DNA of 64,000 nucleotides from Bacteriovoracia bacterium (GTDB lineage Bacteria; Bdellovibrionota; UBA1018; CAIPTA01): NCBI GenBank assembly GCA_050246755.1, contig JBFWVL010000001.1, positions 1,664,001 to 1,728,000 of the forward strand, read 5' to 3'. Shown piece by piece: positions 9,551 to 17,638 of this stretch (position 1 is its first letter; each line of letters starts with the position of its first letter). The notes under the pieces were generated by a model. It saw only the letters and a program-made list of their open reading frames with translations, ran no database searches and was not told where the DNA came from. The position numbers and the translations under genes were made by a program.

Positions 9551-11824
9551 ATGAAAATCGACAGCACCAAAGAATTCGTGGAAAGCGCTTACCAGCGCAT
9601 GGAAAAAAATCTCGCGGTGGTGCGCAAGCGCCTCAATCGCCCGCTCACGCTAATGGAAAAAATCGTGCTGGGCCATCTCGAAGATCCCGCCAACCAAGAG
9701 CTGAATCCTGGCGAGAGTTTCCTGCTGCTGAAGCCTGATCGCGTGGCCATGCAAGACGCCACCGCGCAAATGGCGCTTCTCCAGTTCATGACCGCCGGCG
9801 TGCCCCGCACCGCGGTTCCCACCACCGTGCACTGCGATCACCTTTTGCTCGGGCGCTTCGGCGCCGCCAAAGATCTAAGTACCGCGCTCCAAGTGAACAA
9901 GGAAGTGTTTGAATTCCTCGAGAGCGTTTCTAATAAGTATGGCGTGGGCTTCTGGAAGCCGGGATCCGGGATCATCCACCAAGTAGTGCTCGAGAACTAC
10001 GCGTTCCCCGGTGGAATGATGATCGGTACCGATTCCCACACTCCGAACGCCGGCGGCCTCGGCATGATCGCCGTGGGCGTGGGCGGCGGCGACGCCGTGG
10101 ACGTGATGGCCGGTTTCCCCTGGGAAGTAAAGTACCCGAAGCTCGTGGGCGTGAAACTCACCGGAAAAATGAACGGCTGGACCAGCGCCAAGGACGTGAT
10201 CCTGAAATTGCTCGGCATCATGACGGTGAAGGGCGGAACCAACAAGATCGTGGAATACTTTGGGGATGGCGTGGCCTCCATTTCCTGCACCGGCAAGGGC
10301 ACGATCACGAACATGGGAGCCGAGCTTGGCGCCACTACTTCCGTATTTCCTTACGACGAAAGCATGAGCCGTTACCTGAAGGCCACTAACCGTGCGGATC
10401 TTGCGGCGCTCGCCGAGAAATACAAGCACTTGGTAACGGCCGATCCTGAGATCGCCAAGGATCCCTCGAAGTACTACGACGAAGTGATCGAGATCAATCT
10501 TTCTACTCTCGAGCCTCACGTGGTGGGGCCGCATACGCCCGACCTCGCGCGCTCCATCTCGGAGCTCGGCCCCGAGGCGAAAGATAAGGGCTACGCGATG
10601 GCCCTCTCGGCCGCCCTCATCGGCAGCTGCACCAACTCTTCCTACGAAGATATTTCCCGCGCGGCCGACGTGGCCTCCCAGGCGCTGGCCCACGGCGTGA
10701 AATCCAAGAGCCAGCTCTTCATTTCGCCGGGTTCCGAACAAGTATTCGAAACCGTAAAGCGCGATGGCATGCTTTCCACCCTAGAAGCCGCCGGCGGGGT
10801 AGTGCTCACCAACTCCTGCGGCCCTTGCATCGGCCAATGGAAGCGCGACGACGTGGTGGAGGGGACGAAAAACTCCATCATCACCAGCTTTAACCGCAAC
10901 TTTCGCGGGCGTAACGACGGAAATCCCGAAACCGAAGGCTTCATCTCTTCTCCCGAAGTGGTAGTGGCGATGGGGCTCGCGGGCCGCCTCGACTTCAACC
11001 CGATGACCGATGAGCTCACCGGCGCGAAGGGCGAGAAATTTAAATTGAAGGAGCCGAAAAAGGCGGACGATATTCCGCCCTCCGGATTCATCCCCAAGCG
11101 CGACGGATTCGTGGCCCCGGCCGACGATTCCTCTAAGGTGAACGTGAAGATCGCTCCTACCAGCGATCGCCTGCAGGAGCTCGAGCCTTTCGCCGCCTGG
11201 AACGGAGGCGATTATATCGACCTTCCGCTCTTGCTGAAGGCCAAAGGCAAGTGCACCACCGACCATATTTCTCCGGCAGGCCCTTGGCTGAAGTACCGCG
11301 GCCATCTCGATAATATCTCGAACAATATGTTCCTCGGCGCGATCAACTTCTTCACCGGCGAACCCGGTAAGGTAGTGAACGCCTTCACCGGCGAGAAGCA
11401 TGAAACTCCGAAAGTGGCGCGCGATTATAAAGCCCGCAATCTAAACTGGGTGGTGGTGGGCGACGAAAACTACGGAGAAGGCTCTTCCCGTGAACATGCG
11501 GCGATGAGCCCGCGCTTCCTAGGCGGCGTGGCCGTGATCGTAAAAAGTTTCGCGCGTATCCACGAGACCAACCTGAAGAAGCAGGGAATGCTGCCGCTCA
11601 CGTTCGCCAATCCCGCCGACTACGATAAGGTTCTCGATAAGGATAAAATTTCCATCGTGGGCCTCAAGGACATCGCCCCCGGCAAACCGCTCAAATGTGT
11701 GCTCACCCACGCCGACGGTAAAAAAGACGAGATCCAGCTGAAGCATACTTTGAATGCCGAACAGATCGTTTGGTTCAAGGCCGGCTCTGCGCTCAACGTG
11801 CTGCGGAAAAAAGATAAGAACTAA
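9551..11824 (+). CDS. acnA: aconitate hydratase (mitochondrial-type)
   Basis: [63 protein letters not shown]. Confidence 0.96.
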   Translation: MKIDSTKEFVESAYQRMEKNLAVVRKRLNRPLTLMEKIVLGHLEDPANQELNPGESFLLLKPDRVAMQDATAQMALLQFMTAGVPRTAVPTTVHCDHLLLGRFGAAKDLSTALQVNKEVFEFLESVSNKYGVGFWKPGSGIIHQVVLENYAFPGGMMIGTDSHTPNAGGLGMIAVGVGGGDAVDVMAGFPWEVKYPKLVGVKLTGKMNGWTSAKDVILKLLGIMTVKGGTNKIVEYFGDGVASISCTGKGTITNMGAELGATTSVFPYDESMSRYLKATNRADLAALAEKYKHLVTADPEIAKDPSKYYDEVIEINLSTLEPHVVGPHTPDLARSISELGPEAKDKGYAMALSAALIGSCTNSSYEDISRAADVASQALAHGVKSKSQLFISPGSEQVFETVKRDGMLSTLEAAGGVVLTNSCGPCIGQWKRDDVVEGTKNSIITSFNRNFRGRNDGNPETEGFISSPEVVVAMGLAGRLDFNPMTDELTGAKGEKFKLKEPKKADDIPPSGFIPKRDGFVAPADDSSKVNVKIAPTSDRLQELEPFAAWNGGDYIDLPLLLKAKGKCTTDHISPAGPWLKYRGHLDNISNNMFLGAINFFTGEPGKVVNAFTGEKHETPKVARDYKARNLNWVVVGDENYGEGSSREHAAMSPRFLGGVAVIVKSFARIHETNLKKQGMLPLTFANPADYDKVLDKDKISIVGLKDIAPGKPLKCVLTHADGKKDEIQLKHTLNAEQIVWFKAGSALNVLRKKDKN

Positions 11825-11842
11825 TCAGCTAGCGATACTACG

Positions 11843-11879
11843 AAGGCGCCCTCGAAAGAGCGGCGCCTTTTCTGTTTTT
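11843..11879 (+). terminator. intrinsic terminator
   Basis: AAGGCGCC-CTC-GAAA-GAG-c-GGCGCCTT followed by T-rich tail. Confidence 0.8.
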
Positions 11880-11985
11880 AAGTGCTTGATATTTCGGCAC
11901 TTTAAATTACTGGACTAAATTACTTTATTTGTCTATTATTCTCCTCCCACGCAAGACGCGTGCGGCAAGAACTAGGAGTTGTTCG

Positions 11986-12063
11986 ATGACCAAACGCGCG
12001 CGGAGTTTTCTTCCAGCTAGCTCTACCCCTGTTGCCTTTGTGGATAATGGTTCTGCTGCTTAA
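11986..12063 (+). CDS. putative 25-aa small ORF (MTKRARSFLPASSTPVAFVDNGSAA)
   Basis: TGGACT-17-TATTAT promoter at 11911-11939 and AGGAG RBS 7 nt upstream of the ATG. Confidence 0.3.
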   Translation: MTKRARSFLPASSTPVAFVDNGSAA

Positions 12064-12074
12064 GGCGATTTAAC

Positions 12075-12371
12075 TCACTCTTCTTCTTTGAGCTTCTTCA
12101 GCGCTTCTTCTACTGGAGTGCTGAGCTTCTTCGTAGCGTTGCAGGCCTTGCACGCGGGCACCACGTTGCCCTTCGTGCTGGTGCCTCCGCGAGCTACCGG
12201 CACGATATGGTCCATCGTGAGTTCACTGGCTTTGAATTTTTTCCCGCAGTAGTGGCAGAGGCCCTTGCCCAATATATTCTTCCACCACTGGGAAGCTTTG
12301 AGCTCCTGGGCTTTTTTGCGTTCCTTCTTACGGGTCGCTTCGTCGATTTCGAGGAAATACCAATCGGCCAT
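12075..12371 (-). CDS. small HNH endonuclease (McrA-like)
   Basis: CHYCG...LTMDHIVPVARGG...NVVPACKACN; start MADWYF. Confidence 0.9.
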   Translation of the reverse strand: MADWYFLEIDEATRKKERKKAQELKASQWWKNILGKGLCHYCGKKFKASELTMDHIVPVARGGTSTKGNVVPACKACNATKKLSTPVEEALKKLKEEE

Positions 12372-12411
12372 CTTTGCCTTTCTACCGCATTTGGATATAT
12401 TGCGTCCAGTC

Positions 12412-12975
12412 ATGCGGTCCAGCGATATCACTAGAGAAAATCTTTGGCAGCCTTTCCGCCTGGCGGAGAAGGGCGACGCGATTCGCGCCATGCAGAGCGC
12501 GGAGGGGGTGGCCGATCGCCTACGGCTCGTGGCCTTTGCCGAGCTCCAAGCTAGAGATGCCTTTCGCTCTGGCGCCGCCCGCTTCGAGGGGAAGATCGCC
12601 GAAGAGTTACGCCAAACTTGGCTACGATTCGCCGAGGTAGAGGACCGGCACGCGCAGATGCTGCTGGCGCGGATGGCGGAGCTCGGAGTGGATCCGGGTG
12701 CGCGCGCGGTGAGCGATAAGCTTACGCGGCTCTGCGAGAAGGCCACGGACCCGATCGTATTTCTTTTTCTCCTTTCAAGCGCCGAAGAGCGCGGAATGGA
12801 ACAAGGCAAGATTCTCGGGGACCAAATGCTTGCGGTAGATGCCGCCTCCGCGAAAATTTTCATTCAAATCGCTGAGGAAGAAGTAGAGCACGTGCAAATG
12901 GCGCGCGATGCTCTCGCCGGTTTTGATCTGGATAATTTGCGCACCCAGGCCCGCGCGGTGAACGCTTTGCTCTAA
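12412..12975 (+). CDS. ferritin-like di-iron protein (DUF455-like)
   Basis: AFAELQA, EVEDRH, AEERG, EEEVEH di-iron-type ExxH motifs. Confidence 0.75.
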   Translation: MRSSDITRENLWQPFRLAEKGDAIRAMQSAEGVADRLRLVAFAELQARDAFRSGAARFEGKIAEELRQTWLRFAEVEDRHAQMLLARMAELGVDPGARAVSDKLTRLCEKATDPIVFLFLLSSAEERGMEQGKILGDQMLAVDAASAKIFIQIAEEEVEHVQMARDALAGFDLDNLRTQARAVNALL

Positions 12976-13002
12976 GCGGAAATCCTCGCTATCATTGCAG
13001 TC

Positions 13003-13527
13003 ATGGGAATCAGCAATAGAATGTACCTCGTGCTCGGCGTGTGCGCGATGCTCGTGGCCGGCGGTGGCCTCCTGGTGGGCAAGCAAAGGGAACGAGCTTA
13101 TATCGAGGCCCTGCAGAGTCACCATGATTTCACCCTGCTCGACGACGCCGACGAGCTGTTCCAGCTGAACAAATTTCCCAAAGACGAAAAACTTTTGTTG
13201 ATCTTCACGCCCGACGGAATCCCTACGTCTACGGTAAAAGCCTTCTACGATTTTTCGCGTCACCTGCCCCAGTTGGCGGCCTCTCATATCCAGGTGAAGC
13301 TGATCACACGCATGAATAAAGAGATCGTGGCGAACTTCAAGCGGGTTACGCGCTTCGAAGGAAGAGTGCTGCTCGACATGGGCGGCGCGGTGGGGCGCGC
13401 CGCAGGCGTTTGGCCTACGATCGATCCCGTGACTCACTGGAGCTACGTGCTCGTGGACAATCAGTTCAAGATTTACTGGACGAAGCTATCCGAGGCGCCC
13501 TTGGCCTTCGAGGAAATTCCGCGCTAG
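13003..13527 (+). CDS. membrane-anchored thioredoxin/AhpC-TSA-like fold protein lacking redox Cys
   Basis: N-terminal TM; DFTLLDD...LLLIFTP...VLLDMGGAVGRAAGV...YVLVD pattern. Confidence 0.6.
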   Translation: MGISNRMYLVLGVCAMLVAGGGLLVGKQRERAYIEALQSHHDFTLLDDADELFQLNKFPKDEKLLLIFTPDGIPTSTVKAFYDFSRHLPQLAASHIQVKLITRMNKEIVANFKRVTRFEGRVLLDMGGAVGRAAGVWPTIDPVTHWSYVLVDNQFKIYWTKLSEAPLAFEEIPR

Positions 13528-13928
13528 AACTTCGAGGCGGATTTCGAGTGCTCTACCTTCACGACCGTGTGGATATTTCCGCGCACCGTGAAATCGGCGG
13601 CTAAGTGAATCTCATGCGGATCGAGCAGGGTGATCAAATCGTCGGCGATGATATTCGCCACGTCTTCGTGAAATACGCCCATATCGCGGAACTTATTGAT
13701 GTAGAGCTTGAGACTCTTGAGCTCCACGCACCATTTGTCGGGCGAGTAAGTGATGTAGATGGTGGCGAAATCGGGGAAGCCGGTTTTCGGGCACACGCAG
13801 GTGAATTCTGGGCAGGTGAACTCCACGGTATATTTGCGCTTCGTGGTGCGGTTGGGAAAACGTTCTAGTTTGGCTTCGCGGATCTCGCGGACGCCCCGGG
13901 GTTCTTCGGTCTTTTGCTTTTTGGCCAT
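13524..13928 (-). CDS. queF: NADPH-dependent 7-cyano-7-deazaguanine (preQ0) reductase, type I
   Basis: EFTCVCPKTGFPDF, ELKSLKLY, FHED, VRGNI. Confidence 0.95.
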   Translation of the reverse strand: MAKKQKTEEPRGVREIREAKLERFPNRTTKRKYTVEFTCPEFTCVCPKTGFPDFATIYITYSPDKWCVELKSLKLYINKFRDMGVFHEDVANIIADDLITLLDPHEIHLAADFTVRGNIHTVVKVEHSKSASKF

Positions 13929-13948
13929 GGGAGAGGGTTTAGCACGCA

Positions 13949-13988
13949 TGGGGGCATAATGGCAAAAGGGCAGAGGGGTAAAATGGCC
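13949..13988. repeat. five degenerate 8-bp tandem units (NNNDGGCA)
   Basis: tgggggca taatggca aaagggca gaggggta aaatggcc. Confidence 0.6.
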
Positions 13989-14213
13989 TCGAAAATAGCA
14001 CTCTATACGGCATTCCGCTTTTTAAAGAGCGGGACCAACCCATCCTTAGGTCGGCCTTATTCCACTCTACGAGAGAGATTCTATTTCGGTAGCTTGCGCA
14101 CTATGGCGGCTTGTCGGTTCTATTCACGGACTCCTCCTTTCCTTGGCGCGCCGGCATCCTAGCCAGCTGCCTTGATTTCTTAACCTGGTCTTTCCGCGGG
14201 GGGCGGTTCCTGG

Positions 14214-14774
14214 TTAAGCTGCGAGGCATACCCGGTTCTTGCCGGTATGCTTGGCATCATAGAGAGCTTTGTCCGCCGCACCCACCATGCGGCGTACTTC
14301 ACAACCTTCACTTCTCGCGGTGGCAACTCCAACACTCACGGTCACGTTCACTTCTCGCTGAATTTGTTTGCGAAGGGCCTCGGCTAAAATCTGGGCCCGG
14401 GCTTGGTTAGTGCAGAGGCCCACCACGAATTCCTCGCCCCCGAAGCGTCCTACTTCGGCGCCGGCTTTGCGGCAGCGGTGGATCACGTCGGCCACGCGCT
14501 TGAGGATATGGTCTCCCACCACGTGGCCTTCGAGATCGTTGATCTGTTTGAAATTATCGATGTCGATGAGGATGAGCGAGATGCTCCCGCCCTGGCTCTG
14601 CTCGCGCATCATTTCCATCCTGTGGAAAAATTCGTTGCGGCGGAGCAGGCCAGTGAGGTCGTCGGCGTTTACGCGAGCCTTGAGCTTCTCCAGCATGCCC
14701 ATCATTTTGTAAACGTCGGCTTCCATTTCCTGGAGCAAAGCGCTGGCTAGATTTTTGTTCATTACGTCCTGCAT
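14214..14774 (-). CDS. diguanylate cyclase (single GGDEF domain with short N-terminal coiled coil)
   Basis: DDLTGLLRR, IDIDNFKQIND...GHVVGD, RFGGEEF, ADKALYDAKHTGKNR. Confidence 0.92.
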   Translation of the reverse strand: MQDVMNKNLASALLQEMEADVYKMMGMLEKLKARVNADDLTGLLRRNEFFHRMEMMREQSQGGSISLILIDIDNFKQINDLEGHVVGDHILKRVADVIHRCRKAGAEVGRFGGEEFVVGLCTNQARAQILAEALRKQIQREVNVTVSVGVATARSEGCEVRRMVGAADKALYDAKHTGKNRVCLAA

Positions 14775-14796
14775 ACGTGCCTCTGGAAGAGGTAAT

Positions 14797-14812
14797 TGCA
14801 GCGTTGGTGCCG
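14797..14812 (-). promoter_or_regulatory. sigma54 -24/-12 promoter for the GGDEF gene
   Basis: CGGCACCAACGCTGCA (GG-N10-GC). Confidence 0.6.
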
Positions 14813-14916
14813 TTCGGGGTTTTTGAGTGAAATTGAGGGGTTGGGGAGGTGGGTGTATCCGCGTGGAGACAGTCTTACCTGGTTTATTCGAGTTGAGGGG
14901 AGACAGGCGACTCCGC

Positions 14917-14944
14917 TTAGGGTGGGAGGGGGAAGTGCCGATAA
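14917..14944 (+). promoter_or_regulatory. sigma28 (FliA)-type promoter
   Basis: TTAG-N16-GCCGATAA, 6 nt before ATG 14951. Confidence 0.65.
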
Positions 14945-14950
14945 ATAGGG

Positions 14951-15811
14951 ATGATACGGGCAGCTCTACTCTTTATCCCTTTGTTGGTTTTCGCCCAAGC
15001 ACCGGCCTTCGTGCCGGACGAGGCGGGAGCCCTGGAAGTGCTGCGTCCCCTGGTAAAGACCATGGATAGGCCAATCACCACTTTCCACTGGGAAAAAGCT
15101 AATAGCGAGTTTTCCCGAAAATTCGATACTTCGAAACCAGAAGGTAATTTGGCGTTGGCGAGAGCGCAGACGGAAAGCTTTCTGAAGCTGAATACAAAAT
15201 ACGGTTTTTATCTCGCGACGGATCCCGCCACTTCGCGGCAGTATGGAGGCGCCGATCCACAAGGATACCGCCTTATGGTGGTAGAGTTACCCAGGGATTT
15301 CAGGTACCTCGACTTGCAATTAAATCTGGCGCTCCGTTTGAAGCTAAAACCGATTTTGGGAGAGCGGTGCGCTTTTGATTTCGTGAATCCTCTTTCGGCG
15401 GAGTTTGAGGAGGGCCCTTGCGCCGATATGAAACGAAAAATCTTTAAGGAGTTAAAAATTGCGGGCATTCGTTATGGTTTTGCGCAACCCAAGATCAGGG
15501 GCCTTTGCCCGGGCGAAGATCAGAGCGCTTTCATTCTCACGGATCCTAGTTGGCTACGTCCGGAATACCTAAAAACCTTTACCGCGGGCGACCGCGACGA
15601 ATTGGAGGCTCGGCGGCGGATCAATGAGATAGTAACGATCGCCTTGAAACCAGACAAGGTGAAGGCTTTGTGGGCCGATTTGCTAATGCCTACAAAGGTA
15701 AGCGACGAAACCAGGCGCTGGATGCGTGAAAATTTGCTGAACTGCCAGGCCGATGGGCCAAAGGGCGAAGACGCTGCGGAAGAGCATCCTGGCGGGGCGT
15801 CGGCGGAATGA
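14951..15811 (+). CDS. secreted protein with ADP-ribosyltransferase (exotoxin A/DT/PARP-like) motifs, paralog 1
   Basis: signal peptide; TFHWE, GFYLATDPATSRQYG, RLMVVELP, AGIRY, SAFILT. Confidence 0.6.
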   Translation: MIRAALLFIPLLVFAQAPAFVPDEAGALEVLRPLVKTMDRPITTFHWEKANSEFSRKFDTSKPEGNLALARAQTESFLKLNTKYGFYLATDPATSRQYGGADPQGYRLMVVELPRDFRYLDLQLNLALRLKLKPILGERCAFDFVNPLSAEFEEGPCADMKRKIFKELKIAGIRYGFAQPKIRGLCPGEDQSAFILTDPSWLRPEYLKTFTAGDRDELEARRRINEIVTIALKPDKVKALWADLLMPTKVSDETRRWMRENLLNCQADGPKGEDAAEEHPGGASAE

Positions 15812-16686
15812 TAGCATTTTTATTTTTGTTATTAGCCCCCGTTATCGGCCTGGCCGCTTCCGACGAAGATCGTATCTACGAGGCGCTCCTGCCAAAAGTG
15901 CGCAGAGTAGATCGCGCCTTCACCGTGTTCCACTGGGAGAGGGCCGATTCGGAGTTTGCCCAAAAATTTAAGCCGGAGACCCCGAACGGATTGCTGGCGC
16001 TCACGCAGTCGGCCGCGAAGAGTTTTTTGGAGGAAGGCGCTAGCCGCGGCTTCTATGTGGCCACCGACCCGGTACTTTCTCGGTCTTTTGGCCGAGACAA
16101 TTGGCGCTTGGTCCAGATAGAGATTCCCGAGGGCTGGAGATACCTCGATATCACCGGATCAAATATGCTCGGCGAGTTGCAACGGACCGTACCGAATGCA
16201 CCGTGCTTGGCCTCGGTATTGGCTTCGAATAACTCGAAGAAGCTGCGAGAGCGGATGCCGGAGGGCTTCCAAAAAGAAAAGTGTACGCGTCTAAAGACCA
16301 ACGTGTTTCGCCGCCTCGGTGTTTCGGGAGTTCGTTATGCCTGGCTTAAGCCGCAACTAAATCGCTACTGCCGGAAAAGCGATCCAAGCGCCTTCATCAT
16401 CACGAATGGAAATTGGCTATCGAAAGAAAATATGAAGGCATATACGACGGATTCCAAGGGCTCCAACGAAGACCGAAAGGCAATCCAAGAGATGCTGCTA
16501 AGCGTACCGCCGCCGCCGATGTTCGCGGGCCAGGAGCCGGCCCCGCTATGGCAGGATCTTCCGCAGGAAGGACCCCTCACGCCGGAAACGAAGCGATGGA
16601 TGAAAGAGCGCTTGCTGAATTGTCAGGAGCGGCAGAGACAAGAGATAGAAGATCCTGGTTTCAATGAGGGCGCTTCCGCCCAATAA
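15808..16686 (+). CDS. secreted ADP-ribosyltransferase-like protein, paralog 2
   Basis: signal peptide; VFHWE, GFYVATDPVLSRSFG, RLVQIEIP, SGVRY, SAFIIT; ATGA overlap with paralog 1. Confidence 0.6.
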   Translation: MIAFLFLLLAPVIGLAASDEDRIYEALLPKVRRVDRAFTVFHWERADSEFAQKFKPETPNGLLALTQSAAKSFLEEGASRGFYVATDPVLSRSFGRDNWRLVQIEIPEGWRYLDITGSNMLGELQRTVPNAPCLASVLASNNSKKLRERMPEGFQKEKCTRLKTNVFRRLGVSGVRYAWLKPQLNRYCRKSDPSAFIITNGNWLSKENMKAYTTDSKGSNEDRKAIQEMLLSVPPPPMFAGQEPAPLWQDLPQEGPLTPETKRWMKERLLNCQERQRQEIEDPGFNEGASAQ

Positions 16687-17545
16687 CTTTTTCCCGTCCA
16701 AACGTCTGTATCGCGTGTAGCTGATTATGCGTAAAGCAACGTAAGCGCAGGTTCTCCACCGTGCTGGGACCCCCCATAGCGAAGGGAATAATGTGATCGA
16801 GTTCGAGGCGATAGCGTGAATGGCAAGCCCTTTTGCCGTCCGTGAATGTGCACTGGCCTTGGTCGCGAACCCAAACCGCGCGCCGCACGGCGGCCGGGAC
16901 ATGGCGCCCACGGGTAACTTTTACATCCGACGTCGGAGGTAAAGCCCGCGACGCCTGAGGGTCGGCCTTTGCTAGGGCACGCTCGGCCATCTTGGTCACT
17001 ACTTCCTGAAATGATTCGCACTTCCATAGCTCTTTGAGGCGAAGGAGGCTCTCCAGGAGATTTTCGTCCAACGGAATGCGTAGTTCTGAAATAGATTCGG
17101 TAACAGCGCGTAGACGCTCGCGGGGAACTTCGGGATTGGAGGAAAAGGAAAGCAGGATCCTTTCGCACTTTCGCGACGATTGGCTTTCGAGCTTGCTGAG
17201 AATCTCCAGCTTCTGGGTAGAGGAAGTTTTTTCTCTTCGGAAAAAACTATACGCTTGGCAAATAGCGCTGAGGCTCAGCACGCCCGCGGAAACTTTATCC
17301 TCTAGATGGGGAAATTCCGCAAGCAGTCGCGCACCGGCGATGCGGCGCTGGGCTTGCCCTTCTTGGTATCCAAGCACGCGCACGCAGTAATCGAATAGAG
17401 AAGAACAGGCGAGCGTGGCGTAAAGCCGGCGGGAGTCAATTTCCCGGAGGTGATGCAGAATGGAGATGGTTATTTCTCGCTCGCGTACGGCGAGTTCTTT
17501 GGTGCGGGCCAGGAGAGCATTGTCGGGGAGATGAATGAGTTCCAT
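16661..17545 (-). CDS. HNH endonuclease with DUF222-like N-terminal domain
   Basis: LREIDSRRLY...SSLFDYC...LGYQEGQAQRRI; RHVPAAVRRAVWVRDQGQC...LELDHIIPFAMGG...NLRLRCFTHN. Confidence 0.88.
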   Translation of the reverse strand: MELIHLPDNALLARTKELAVREREITISILHHLREIDSRRLYATLACSSLFDYCVRVLGYQEGQAQRRIAGARLLAEFPHLEDKVSAGVLSLSAICQAYSFFRREKTSSTQKLEILSKLESQSSRKCERILLSFSSNPEVPRERLRAVTESISELRIPLDENLLESLLRLKELWKCESFQEVVTKMAERALAKADPQASRALPPTSDVKVTRGRHVPAAVRRAVWVRDQGQCTFTDGKRACHSRYRLELDHIIPFAMGGPSTVENLRLRCFTHNQLHAIQTFGREKVIGRKRPH

Positions 17546-17638
17546 AGCCCAGTAACTAATCAAGTCCAATGCCAGCGCACGACTTCGTAACTACCTTAAG
17601 CGTAAAGCTCTTCGGCTAACCGCGTTCGAAAGCCGAAC

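Noticed and set aside
11941-12073. Small ORF ending in AA-stop, reminiscent of a tmRNA tag
   Set aside because: Region too short, with no tRNA-like ends
12372-12863. Long N-terminal extension on the small HNH protein
   Set aside because: Overlaps the ferritin-like gene on the opposite strand; not protein-like
13929-13945. GGGAGAGGGTTTAGC resembling the start of a preQ1-I riboswitch beside queF
   Set aside because: Wrong strand for queF and lacks the pairing strand and A-rich tail
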